64,000 nt of DNA from Cycas panzhihuaensis (taxonomy: Eukaryota > Plantae > Cycadophyta). The number at the start of each line of letters is the position of its first letter. Position 1 is the stretch's first letter. Positions 1 to 12,114 of this stretch are shown here, in pieces. A model generated the notes under the pieces. That model did no database searches. It was not told the origin of the DNA and saw only the letters and a program-made list of their open reading frames with translations. The stretch covers positions 44,585,741 to 44,649,740 of the forward strand of contig CM041465.1 in assembly GCA_023213395.1 (NCBI GenBank). The letters run 5' to 3'. The position numbers were made by a program, and so were the translations under genes.

Positions 1-1859
1 AGCCATGTGATCACATATGACCATATCACCAAATACGACTCCTAATAATATTGGTGACCTACAATGTAACCAATTGTAATCTTTATCAAATCAATAAGGG
101 TAAACACAATATTACATCTATAACAAAGGATTAGTTCTTAACTAATCTCTAATGAGAAAAGTGCTCTTGGTTTATATTAAAACCACAACCAAATAAAATT
201 TGTAACGATGACATGTGTAGTAGATGGTTTGAGATTTTATAGCCCTTATATTAAATGGCATGGTCACATGTTATCTTAAAAGGAAATGACATATATGATA
301 TAAGGAAAGTGATTGCATTTTTTGTTTAATTTTTTCAAATAAATGAGCTTTTGATAGGATATTAAGTCATGGTAACATTGTATGTATTCTTAGTTTCCAA
401 ACACCACCCTACATAAATTGGAATTGGTCTAATAATATGTATTTTCTTAATTAATGAAATGCTTGCTTCTTAATTTCTTTTCAAGTCATGTCCTTGTCAT
501 GGATAACATTGTGGCATAAGGTTTATGCTTTCAAAAAATGTAACTAATTCATGCAACCATTGTCTTGATCCTTAAGTAATGTTATTTAACACATTTGCAT
601 ATACACACATTTTAATAAATTATCTTAAGAGGCGATATTAGTTCAAATACATTCTCTTTTAATGCCTCAATCCTTTGAACTTAATGAATATTTTCTTTGT
701 GTGTTGTAACAATTTCACATCTTGTCATAACATATATAGTTTTATAAGTTATTAGCATCACTCATCTTATGCCTAATGCTTGACTTTTTAACTAGTCACT
801 TCATCTTCATTTGCATGGCTTTAGCTTTTTTTGTTTTCTCAAGTGAATAAACAACTAATTCCTAAAGTCCCTTTAACTTTGAAGTGAGAGCCCCAAAATA
901 TTTTTCTTATGAAGTTTAGTTAAAATAAAGGTTTAGAGATGAACAAATTATTATTTTTTTCTCAAAAGATCATAAAATAATAATGACATCTTAGTAAATG
1001 ATGTTTTACATTATATGTATTTATCAAATATACATAAATTATTATGAAATTATTGTCAGACTAACTTTCATACTTAAGTAAGACATTCTTAATTGGTTTC
1101 TATGTTCCATACTCAACCAATCTTGATAAATAAATTATTATTGTCAGAACAAACCTTCATACTAAATTGGTGCCTAGTTGTAATTAACTAACTTATGGCA
1201 ATAATCTTCTTTCATAAGGACAAGGTCACTAACGTGTGATACTTGAGTTGTAAGACTCTACTAGAAGTGAATGAATACACATGACCTCATAAGAATAAGA
1301 ATAAGCTTATGGGAGTTAGAGTGGGGTCCCATGGAGGGGGGGCTTCTTAAATAATCTCAGTTGCAACTGTCGAGGTTTTTTAGGAACAGACAAGGAAATA
1401 TGGTCCCATGGATCTCTGTATTTCCTCTTACTACTATGTTAAATACACCAACCTACAATTGTATTTATTGGAGATAAAATTTTAAATTATTTAATAGGAA
1501 AAATATGAAACAACAATTATAATATATAGTTTAGTATCACATGTATTTCAAAATTTGCTGAGTTGTGGTAGTTCAAGCCAACCCCTTTTTTAGTAGCCAC
1601 TAAAAGTCACAACAATTAACATTTATGTTTCTCAAAAAATGAAGAAAATTCTATTTGTTCATATTAGTTGTCTCATTTTCATTACATAAGACCACATTTA
1701 ACATGCAAATAGAAATGCAACTCTCTCTATAAAATCACATAATAAATATTTTTTGAGAGAAGGCCAAATTTGGAAATAAAATTTTTTATTTTATTACGAA
1801 TCATATGGCTACAAAACAACCATAAGCCAAGCTATATCTCAGCTCCAAGTGACTGGGTC

Positions 1860-2706
1860 TCAGTTGTCCTCCTGACCCCACGTTGACAAAAGACGTCCCC
1901 TACAATTACAAGAAAAGTTGAAAAATACATCTGAAAAGTCGTGTATCGTTACAACCAACAACACTTGACCGCAGTTGCATCTAACATGCTCACGGGATAA
2001 GCCCATCCCGCAAATTCATTACTCAAGATTTTAAAGCCAATCTAACGGTTATGACCGTAGCGTTAGTATAGGCGTATACGACGCGGATTGTGTGGACGAG
2101 ATGCACACTCTCTAATATTACATACGCTGACGAAGCAATTGTGAGAGAGAGAGAGAGACCAGTAAAGTAGACGGGCAGAACTCGTGGGATGGACCGATCG
2201 GAGTGTTGAGATTTGCGTCATCGTTTCCCGCAAGATTGCCACAATTTCAATAAATTTGACAGTATAGGTTAAAATTTGTACCGTAATTTGAAGTGTTTAT
2301 TTTTCATTTTTCGCATATTGGTCGATGATTCTTGGAGGACGGAGCTTAAGTTGATCGAAGCAAGAAAATTCGCTGCATTTGTCAAACTATTTTTTCGCAT
2401 GTAATGGGATTTTGTACGGCAGTACGAGGGGAAAATAGAACAATTATTTGTAAAATCTAAAGCAGAATTTCGAAATTTTTGCGCTCCTTTCGATGATTTG
2501 TTTGATGGAAGCTCGGAATTTTATGACGGGCAGTCTAGGTTGATTAATAAATGGAATTACACAGGAATTACAGTTAGGTTTAAAGCATTTGACGGATGTT
2601 ATACCTTGCCCTGGAAGAGGACGGGAAACTGCTTGCGAATTTCTAGAACGTGGTAGAAGTTTCCGAGTATTTGCAGATTTTTTTTCCAAACGCGATTGAA
2701 GAACAT
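1860..2706 (+). promoter_or_regulatory. CpG-retaining promoter/5' UTR of the RhoGAP gene
   Basis: CpG density is much higher than in the flanks. Contains a site II-like AGCCCA (~2000), an MSA-like TCTAACGGTT (2041-2050) and (GA)8 at 2143-2158 near the likely TSS. Confidence 0.55.
2143..2158. repeat. (GA)8 microsatellite, possible BPC/GAGA element
   Basis: gagagagagagagaga. Confidence 0.85.
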
Positions 2707-2767
2707 ATGTCGTCCACGGTGGCTTCTCAGTGGCGGGAAAAGGCGAGCAATTTTTTCTCATCCTCAG
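2707..2767 (+). CDS. Exon 1 of RhoGAP-domain protein (At5g61530-like), MSSTVASQWREKASNFFSSS(G)
   Basis: ATG at 2707. The peptide matches my recollection of the At5g61530 N-terminus (MPSLISQQWQERTSGFFSSSG). The exon ends at CAG|GCAAGT (GC donor, phase 1), which joins in frame to exon 2. Confidence 0.88.
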
Positions 2768-3045
2768 GCAAGTATTTCAGCCCCTGTTCTTGGTGCAATC
2801 TGCATAAAATTTACGACAAAAGATTTGCTGCTAATTTTGTAAGAAAGAGCCACTTCACAGACACTTGTAATTTTGGATAAATCTGGACAACTTAAACTAG
2901 AAGTTGTCAGGATCTATAGGCGCCTGTGCAACTTAGTCGAACTTAGGGCCGCTTCCGTCTCAGAGACGTACATATACATTACTAAGGGCCGCTTTGCACT
3001 GACCGATATGTGGAGTTAAATCCGATGAAGCCAGACTAGACAGAT

Positions 3046-3312
3046 TAAATTACGGTGCATGCTTAAACGTAGCTGTTGAGGTATCCAGTGAAAGGGAAGC
3101 TTACAATGAAATTAATCAAACGCGGTCAAACATATTCCTAATACAGTCTTAAATAGAATTTAGTATGTGGCCGAAAATAAATTACAGTGCATGCTTAAAG
3201 ATATCTTCTGAGGTATTCCATGAAAGAGAAAATTACAATTAAATTAATCAAACATGCTGAAACTTAATTTCTAATAGGGTCTTCAACGGAATTCAGTGTG
3301 AAGCTGTAAATA
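3046..3312. repeat. Diverged ~133-bp tandem duplication in intron 1
   Basis: taaattacggtgcatgcttaaa...aaattaatcaaac is repeated as taaattacagtgcatgcttaaa...aaattaatcaaac. Confidence 0.8.
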
Positions 3313-4105
3313 TATCTTATGCCTTTAACTTCGTTCATCTGCCAGTCGGAAGTGGCTGTAGATTATGTAATTTCTGAAAAACTTGTACCTGCCCGCAAGT
3401 TCCTTAAATATTCAATGAAGGGAAGAAAAGCAGAAGAAGCTTGCAAAAATAGTTAATGATTACATTTACAATAATATTGCACCCTGCACAGAGCAGCCCT
3501 AAATGCGGGTTGGTGCAGACTTGTATGGTAGACAGTCTCCACGCATGCAGGGGAAAATGCATTGCTGAAGCATGTACTGGAGCAATTTTGGAAATTATGA
3601 AGAAAAATCAAGAGCAGCAGCTGCACTGGTCATTGGAGTTGTTGTTTGTTCAGGAAGCCTTAACTTGCATGTCTTTGGAGGTGTACCGGTTTAATATCAG
3701 CAGTCCAAATAATCCATGATATCAGTTTTTAGAATATTCATATTCTTCATGGTAGATCACATGTATGCCTTCCCATGGCATTTGCATGCGAGATGCCATG
3801 AGGAATGTCTGAAAGAGCCAGAATGTCCTGGGGTTCTCTTTCATTTGCAATGGGAAGACTTGATAGTAATGTGGCTAAAACAATTTCAGACAGATTTGAT
3901 TTGAATACCACCTTACATTTGCCATAAAATGGCTAGAAAAATGTTTGAAGTCAGTCAAAGCTAATTGAAGTTACTTTTAAAAGAGTTTCTGACAGAATTC
4001 AGTGCAAACTGGCAAACAAAATTAGTCAAGCTATCATTGATCTTGTCATAATCTATCTCAGTCAATGGGAAATGGTTCTATGTTCCTTATTTTGCTTATG
4101 CACAG

Positions 4106-4389
4106 GCATCAAGCTGAAACAGGCAAGCCAATCAGCAGGAGCATTTGTGGGAGAGGTTGCAAAGGATGCAGGGTCTAGCGTTGCAGAGGCAGCTGAGAAA
4201 GCTGGCACTGCAGTTAGGACACGATGGACTCTTCTTCAGCAGTCCAGACAGCAGCAGGCATCACAATTATCACAAGACTCCGTGCAAGAGCGCTTTCTTT
4301 CAGCAGCAGCTTCAACAAGTACATTATTAAAGAGGAGCATTTCAGAGACCAAGGATAAGGTTGTTACCGGAAAGAGTATTGTTGAACAG
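4106..4389 (+). CDS. Exon 2 of At5g61530-like RhoGAP gene ((G)IKLKQASQSAGAFVGEVAKDAG...ETKDKVVTGKSIVEQ)
   Basis: Acceptor tttgcttatgcacag| and donor CAG|gtacat. Contains family motifs AGxFVGEVAKDA, RWxLLQQ, QERxxSAAA and ETKDKV. Confidence 0.93.
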
Positions 4390-5007
4390 GTACATCCTGA
4401 GCTTAATTATTCTGGCATTGCATTTTGTGGTTTGGAACAGATAAAACTACAAATGCTGAAGTTTCTGGGATATAAATGTGTCAAACAAAGAAAACAGAGA
4501 GGAAATGTTTTGTGAAAATATTGTTCTCTGAAACTTTTGCAATGACACGTCGTTCAAGAATTCAACAATCAAAAATACTAAAACCCACTAGTTCTGGGCT
4601 AGAAGGTATTTTCAGCCTGGAAAAATTTTGGAAGTTGCAATTCTAGATGGCCCAGAATGATTTTTAGGCCCATGGAATGGGCACTTAGGAGCTCCAAAAA
4701 CCCTAATGCCCCCAAATAAACCCATTAGCCCATGACAATCAAAGGGCAATAAAAATCTAATAAAAGGCATTAAAGCATTATAAAACTAATTTGTTTCTGT
4801 TTCTGTGCTAATGAGGAAAAGACACAGCCAAATGAGTATTTAGTTTCTAAACTCTACATTTTTTATGGGTACGAAGCCCTAATTATTGTCCTTCACCTAT
4901 TTCTGGGCATTTTGAAAACTACTGTTTTGGGTACTGTATCGCTTTGGAAACTTGCATGCATTTTTGTGTTCTGTACAACCTAGTAAATTAGTGATTTGCA
5001 TCTGCAG

Positions 5008-5070
5008 GCAGCAAAGAAAACTGCACAGAGGAGCAAGAGCATATTGGCCAATATTGAGCGATGGCAAAAG
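5008..5070 (+). CDS. Exon 3 of At5g61530-like RhoGAP gene (AAKKTAQRSKSILANIERWQK)
   Basis: Acceptor catctgcag| and donor AAG|gttcac, 63 nt, phase 0/0. Matches the family motif AAKKTAQKSKTILTDIERWQK. Not shown in this frame in the ORF track. Confidence 0.93.
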
Positions 5071-5212
5071 GTTCACATGCTACAGTTTGATTTCTGCAGA
5101 TTTGTTGTACCATTTTCAGCTCTTTTTGATTTTATTTTTTATTTTTTGTTCATGTATCATACGTTTTAAAAAAATTGAAGTCACTGACTATTTTTATTTG
5201 AATATTCTGTAG

Positions 5213-5231
5213 GGATTTTCAAGCAACGATG
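5213..5231 (+). CDS. Exon 4 (19-nt micro-exon) of At5g61530-like RhoGAP gene (GFSSND+G)
   Basis: Acceptor attctgtag| and strong donor G|gtgagt. Corresponds to family GVASSD(V), immediately before the RhoGAP domain (VFGV..). Confidence 0.85.
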
Positions 5232-6531
5232 GTGAGTCTTAAGTTTATGTTTTCTAAAGGTTGACAATTCTGCATAATTTTCTGGTTGTAATTAATGGCA
5301 TTGTTCTTACATTTTCAGATGTTATAGCTGGATCTTAAAGCAAATGTCTGGTTGCTTTGCTCCATTGTTAATCTGTTTTCAACAGTATTTTATGAAAATG
5401 ATAAATGAATAATTTGGCCTTGCTATGCATCTTCTGAAGATTATTTTTATGCAAATCATGAGTTGCCCAAATTCTAATGTCCATTCACACTGCAGGTTTG
5501 GCAGATCCTATCTCCTATTATCTTGTAGCATGTCTAGTTGTGTTTACACAAATTCTTGTATGATTGTATTTGTTTTTCAGTGGGAATTATTATTATTATT
5601 TTTTAAAAAGTATTGTGGTGTAATAGGTCAATTCTGTGAAGTTCTAAACTGTTGGCTAGCAGATTTCATTTTACCTAATTAATAAAATATTTATTATCTT
5701 CTTTTTTGGACTAGAGTCCTTTTGCATTTACAATTCTGTTTCCTCTTTTCTTCTTTTTGTTGTAAACCTTCTTTTGTTGAGCAGAAGAATTACCCTCTTT
5801 ACAACATAAAAAATAACTGAGATCCCATGTGGATGGGTCCTGTAACTCAGTCATATGGCCTGTGTTGGTCAAAGAACCTGGGAAAACAAAGCAAACCTGG
5901 AGGCAAAGTTTGCCAGAGGCTTCAAGGCTATAACACAACTCACCACTTAAGCTGTTGTCGTGGCTTGCATGGAGGGTAAATGAGGGGGTGCAAGTCTGCA
6001 GATACTTGACATTTTGGAACACAAGGTTTTATGACAAAAGTCCAAATAAATTCTGCATACTTGCTTGTTGCAGGCTTACAGCAAGGGCATGGGATCTAAC
6101 AATATCACAGGAAACCCCAGAATGGGTTAGGGATTTAAATGTTGCATCTTTTATCCACTCTAAATTTGGTTTCTCAGACACAAGGATTTGTCTATCCACT
6201 CCAAATATGTTTTTTCAGACACTAGGAGTTGTCGCAAAGTGGAGAAACTGCAAATTTTCATCTCGCAGAAAGAAGCTTAAGGAGGGCGAGCAGCCCTACG
6301 TATGGAGAAGGCAGCAGGAGAGAGGCATGACCTTGTAACAAGCTGTACAACCGAATGGGACCTTCCCGATGGCCCATATCCTCAGTGAATAGACAAAGCT
6401 GTATCTTCTCAATGTTCACAGAGCTGGAGGCACAAGTCCTAGAGACTTTAGTTTCCCAATGCCAATCCCTAGTAGTTGCCATAAGAGACACCAGCTGTTG
6501 ACTTCACTTTCCACCCCTTAGAAAGCACACT

Positions 6532-8465
6532 TGTTAAAAGGTCACTTCCGGTAGTCTAACTAGGCTTGTGTCAACACATTGGTCACTTACACACGTACCT
6601 GCCACATGAGAACACAAGATCACAACAATATCACAACATTATCAAAGCATTATCATCCATCACAGCATCATATATAAATCAAAAGCAACACATGATACAG
6701 AGTTTCCAGTTTTTACTTAATTCATTATTTCATTAAGCAATGTCAATGTTTGATCACTTTATATCATCATATGGCTTTTTGCATTCTTGAAAACATAACA
6801 CAAACTCCAATATTCAGTTCTCTACACCATAGAGAATGACTCTTGATCAAATAACTCGGCTCTCATACTAGAGAGAATGACTTATGATCAATTGACTCAG
6901 CTCTCACATCCTTGAGGACATAACACAAGACCCATTGATTTGGCTCTCACATTTGGAATGGTGAGAAATAACCCTTAAATACCCTATGTGTGCCTCTTGG
7001 GGAATGGTTGTGACCAATATTCACAATCACACCCTTTACATAATGCATGCCCTTTCATAACGATTACACTAATTAATCATTAATTACATTTGATTATCTT
7101 TGTCTCATTTGTATGATTATACATATGCTTGTCCTTTGCTGACATCCTACTTGCGTTCTGTCTATTCTGTGCCATGCATTCCTGTTCTAGAATTGTTTAT
7201 CATATGTTCCTGTTCTAGAACGCATCCTGTCATGCATTCTTTGAGAACCTTTTCTTGCTGATTTTTGCCTGATTACCATGTGTTCCTTTGCTTGGAAACG
7301 TTTGTTGGGTTGTTTTCTTACACTCACCATAATCCATTAGATGCCAATTGCTACTATTCCACAGTCTAAACACATAGGTGCCAAATTTGGCCCTAACATC
7401 TATCCGAGGTCAACAAAAAGTGGTTGAGCATCCATGCTAAAAAAATTCTAAATTTTAAAAATTTTGGATTGCTTTCCTTCTCCTCCTCCGAATTAGGGTT
7501 GCCCTTACAGTACCAGATTGTTTGTAGTTTCATTGGCCTCGAGTAGATCCTCATTAATCTAGGTCAATGTGGTGATTATTGTATCCTTCTCCTTAAGTTT
7601 TTCATGTAGAGCAACAATTTATGCTTTATATCCCCTTTCCAAGTTTTCCACTAGCTGGACGATCTACTTACCTTTGCCCTCCAAGGGATTTTATGGCTGA
7701 GAGGACCCTTCTTTCGGCTCGATAATTGTGTGGAATGGTAGCTCCATCTCCCATTCCTCAAGTGATGGTGTGAACTTAATCTCCTTTGGTTCTATTCATC
7801 CACTTTTCACAATTTTCTTTACCACTTGCTTTGAACAATGTGGGATAGGGTTGCTTGGTTTATGTTGTACCCACTTCACGATCTTCATCATTTCTTTTTT
7901 AATCTTCCTTTTTATTTCTCCATCCTGCATAGTATTGGGAACTATAATGACCCATTGTCTCATTATTGGTTCTCCTTGTTGAATAGGTATTTGTGAAGGT
8001 TGGGCATCTAGACAGTGATGGAGCTCACCAATAGAAGTGATGGGTGTCGAAAGGCATGAATCTGAATCTCCATGATTTGTTGCCTCATATTGGTGACCAA
8101 GAACTCACACTAATTGAGCTGCACATTGTCTTGAATTTGTGGTAGTACTGACATCATTTCACCAAAAATATAGGTGTGTTTTCATTTGGATAGGAATTTG
8201 GTGACTATGACTTTAGCCATCCACTGCAATCACTCATCCCTGATGTTTGTAATACAGATGCCTTTTGAAAAAATCTGAATGTTTCTTTGCACAACTCCAT
8301 ACCCAAATCTCCTAGTCCACTTTTGACCTCTTGGTGGCTTTTGGGACGTACCCTCCTCTTGGGGAGTCCTATAACTGTATGAATCATGTTTACATCAAGT
8401 TGTACTTGCCTTATGTTCGTTTTTAGGGCTACCAGAATATGGTCCATCATCTTTGAATGCTAATA
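6532..8465 (-). mobile_element. Remnant of a Gypsy-type element: putative LTR (6532-7398) plus degenerate accessory ORF (7400-8460)
   Basis: TGTTA...TAACA termini and ~41-bp internal repeats (6831-6907). The minus-strand peptide VQLDVNMIHTVIGLP resembles accessory 'plant transposon protein' ORFs and the 13915 ORF. Confidence 0.45.
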
Positions 8466-8540
8466 TAACGGTGGCATGGGAATATACTCACCGCATCTAG
8501 TAGGGGAGAAAACAATAACTTTACCCTTATGGTCAGACGA

Positions 8541-8774
8541 GCCAAAGATAGAAAAAATTGAAGATGAAGGGAGAGCTTCATCCACAACAACAACCACAGA
8601 ATCTACAGTGAGTTCTTGCTTCGAAACATCGTTTCAAATGCAACCAAAGCTGCCAAGGCCAAAGATAGAAAAAATTGAAGATGAAGGGAGAGCTTCATCC
8701 ACAACAACAACCACAGAATCTACAGTGAGTTCTTGCTTCGAAACATCGTTTCAAATGCAACCAAAGCTGCCAAG
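8541..8774. repeat. Exact 117-bp tandem duplication (8541-8657 / 8658-8774)
   Basis: Two apparently identical units. The ORF track shows PKIEKIEDEGRASSTTTTTESTVSSCFETSFQMQPKLP twice. Confidence 0.95.
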
Positions 8775-8850
8775 TAGTCCTTCATCCTCCTATATGCTGA
8801 ACTGGTTGCATAATGCTTGGGAAGAAACATAATCGGCTTCATATTATCAT

Positions 8851-11800
8851 ATGGAATGTTGCATGGATTCTTCAGAAGAAGAGGACGGGGAGGAAAAACA
8901 ACCAGAGTCACTTCGATTAGGAAAAAATGTCCAAAGAAAATTTGTTCCTATAGTTTGTAAATTGACTAAAAATAATGGTGACTCAGTACAAACAGAAAAT
9001 CATCTACAATCATGTATTAAAATCATGAAGAATAAATGGCAACAACAATTCTGGTACTCTGTGTCTTCCTGTTCTTGGATAGAACAAGCCTGGATTTGGT
9101 GTGGCATGCATGCACAAAAATTTAATTCTTGGCAAGAAATGAGCAAAAATTTTCTAATAAGATTTCAAAAGGATAAAGTTCCCTCGTCTTGGAATGAGGA
9201 TGATTTAGGCCAGACTGTTACATATTATAGATTAAATGAAAAAATAAAGGAAAGAATCGGGGAAAAGGAAGTGCATTGCTTTCAGATTGAAGAAGAACAG
9301 CCATGGATGATCACCTTGGGTGCTTACTGGAAAGAAGAAATGGTGCAACAAGCAACCTCACTATTCTTGGAATATAAGGATATGTTTGCCTGGTCTTATA
9401 AGGACTTAAAAGGCATTCCACCAGAATTGGGTGAACACAAAATCGATTTGATAGAAGGGGCTAAACCGGTAAGGCAAAGGCCATACTGTATGAATCCAAA
9501 GTATAAGGAGAAAGTTAAAGCTGAGTTGGATAAGCTACTGGAAGTGGATTACATCTTCGAGGTCGAAAATACCAAATGGGTAAGTCCCGTTGTGGTCGTC
9601 CCAAAGAAAAATGGGAAATTGAGAGTTTGTGTCAACTACAGAGCTTTAAACAAAGCCACTAAGAAGGACCCATTCCCAATTCCTTTTACGGAGGATATTT
9701 TAGACAAAGTGGCAAGACATGAGGTGTACTCATTTATTAATGGATTTAGCGTGTACAACCAAGTCTGAATTGCACCAGAAGACCAATTAAAGACAACTGT
9801 TGTCACCAAGTGGGGTACTTACGCATTCAGAGTAATGCCATTTGGATTAACAAATGCCCTTGCAACATTCTAGAGAGTTATTCTTAATATTTTTATACAA
9901 ACGATAGAGAAAACAATCGAGGTATTTTTGGATGATTGGACATTGTTTACTCTATTAAAGAATCATCTTGGTTGTTTACGATTAATGCTTGGAACTTGCA
10001 AAAAGAACAATTTATGTTTAAATCCTACGAAATGCACCTTTGTGGTGCCATTTGGGGCCCTATTAGGACATGTGGTGACAAAAGATGGACTGCTTATGGA
10101 TCCAAACAAAGTAGTAGTGATTTTAAATTTTCCATTGCCAAAAACACAAAGACAGGTAAAAGGATTCCTAGGGATGACGGGGTACTATTGAAAGTTCATA
10201 AAAGAATATGCTCAGATAGTTAATCCCCTGGAAATCCTATTGAAAAAGAAGACTGAGTGGCAATGGCAACTTAAACAACAACTAGCATCCGAATTACTGA
10301 AAAGAAGATAGCCCAAGTGTCAATCCTCAGATTCCCAGATTGGTATAAACCCTTTCATGTACATGTAGATGCCTCCTTATTCGCAATTGGATGTGTACTG
10401 ACACAGCCAAAAGATGACAAAATTGATCTACCAATTTATTTTGCAAGCAGAGAATTAACAGAGGCCGAAAAGAATTATTCAGTGACAGGATGAGAAGGGT
10501 TGGGCATGGTATATGCTCTCTAGAAATTCAGACACTATTTGCTGGCTAACCTATTTGTTTTTTTTGTAGATCATCAGGCGCTTCAATATCTAATTAATAA
10601 ACCTATAGTTCAAGGGAGAATTAGCAAATGGCTCATGGTGTTCCAGGAATTCAATTTCAAGATCGTTGTCAAGAAAGGAGCTAAGCATACAATTCTAGAT
10701 TTACTATCGAGGGAAGTGAACGGGGAACCAACAATAGGAATCCAGGACAATTTTCTAGATGCAGAACTGTTTGCCATCCAAGTAGTACCTAAATGATATG
10801 AGGATATAGCACAATTCCTAGCAACAGGACAAACACTATTGGGGATGGAATGTGTCAAACGACAAAGCTTCATTAAGAAGACTTTTCCCTTCCAACTGAT
10901 TCAAGGGATGCTGTATAGAATGGGGCCCGATCAAGTTTTAAGTAGATGTATAATGGAACATGAAGTGGAAGCTATTATCAGAGAAGCCCACAAAGGAGTT
11001 GTAGTAAAACACCAAGGTACTGAATCAACAAGCAAAAAAATTTTACTGGCAGGACTCTGGTGGCCTACAATCTTTGAGGAGGTACAAAAGTGGGTTCGAA
11101 GCTGTGATATATGCCAGTGAGTGGGGAAGCTGACAAAAAACCATTTCATGCCTTTCTGTCATATATTGGCTCAAGCTCCATTCGAAAAATGGGGACTAGA
11201 CTTTATTGGACCTATCAATCCACCGGCTTGGCGTACAAATGCAAGATATATTATTTTGGTCGCCATTGATTTTCTAATAAAATGGACCGAAGCCAAGGCA
11301 ATGGGAATGTGATGCTTAGAGTACAGTTCGATTTCTATACGAAATGATAATTATTTGGTTTGGTTGCCTGTTAGAAATTGTTTTGGATCAAGGAAGTAGT
11401 TTCCTTAACGAAACAATAAAACATTTGACACAAGAATTTTTGATTCAACATTCAAAATCTTTCCCGTACTATCCTCGGGGCAATGGGCAAGTGGAAAGCA
11501 CCAATAAAATTCTGAAATTGGCATTATCTAAAATTTGCAATCAAGGGCGAATGGACTAGGCGGAGCGACTCTATTCAGTTTTGTGGGCTGACAGGACAAC
11601 GATAAAGCGGCCTCATAAGCAAGCTCCATTCTAGTTGGTTTATGGACTAGAAGCCGTTCTTCCTCTGGAATTTCAGATGGAAAGTTTGAGAGTGGCATTT
11701 GAGCTGTGGTGGTTGGAGGATGATTCACAAAATCAATGATACATAGATTTAACGCAACTAGATAAAAAATGGGCAAGAGCTTGGTGGGAACTGAAAGCAG

Positions 11801-12054
11801 AGAAGATGAGCAGAAAGGCATGGCACGATTGGCATCTCAAAGTCCCACAGTTTCAAGAAGGAGACCTTGTTCTTCTTTATGATAATAAGTTTCAAATCAA
11901 ACCTAGAAAATTAAAGTTGCGGTGGCTTGGTCCATACAAGGTGAACCAAATTTGGTCGAATGGAGCAGTGCGACTCGAACAACTTGATGGAACACTGTTG
12001 GAAAAACTAGTCAATAGAAGTCGACTGAAATGTACAAGAGCAAAAATTCCATAG
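8851..12054 (+). pseudogene. Gypsy gag-pol pseudogene (RT, RNase H, integrase)
   Basis: RT: FAWSYKDLKGIPP, WVSPVVVVPKKNGKLRVCVNYR, VMPFGLTNA, FLDD. RH: HVDAS, VDHQAL. INT: H..H..C..C, FEKWGLDFIGP, YYPRGNGQVES, KLRWLGPY. Multiple stops and frameshifts. Confidence 0.95.
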
Positions 12055-12114
12055 AGTAAAAAAAAAAAAAAGAGCACAAGAACCATAGGAACATAAATTC
12101 TTTTATGACTTTAA

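Noticed and set aside
1358-1369. Palindrome CAGTTGCAACTG upstream of the gene, matching the array core
   Set aside because: A single short occurrence that cannot be distinguished from chance.
2650-2880. 76-aa ORF with N-terminal extension
   Set aside because: It starts at GTG. Homology begins at ATG 2707 and ends at the GC donor.
4072-4515. 147-aa ORF as a stand-alone gene
   Set aside because: Only 4106-4389 is homologous and bounded by splice sites; the flanks are intron read-through.
5496-5560. Candidate exon 5 after cactgcag|gtttgg
   Set aside because: No frame gives the expected FGVxIExTVQRQ motif.
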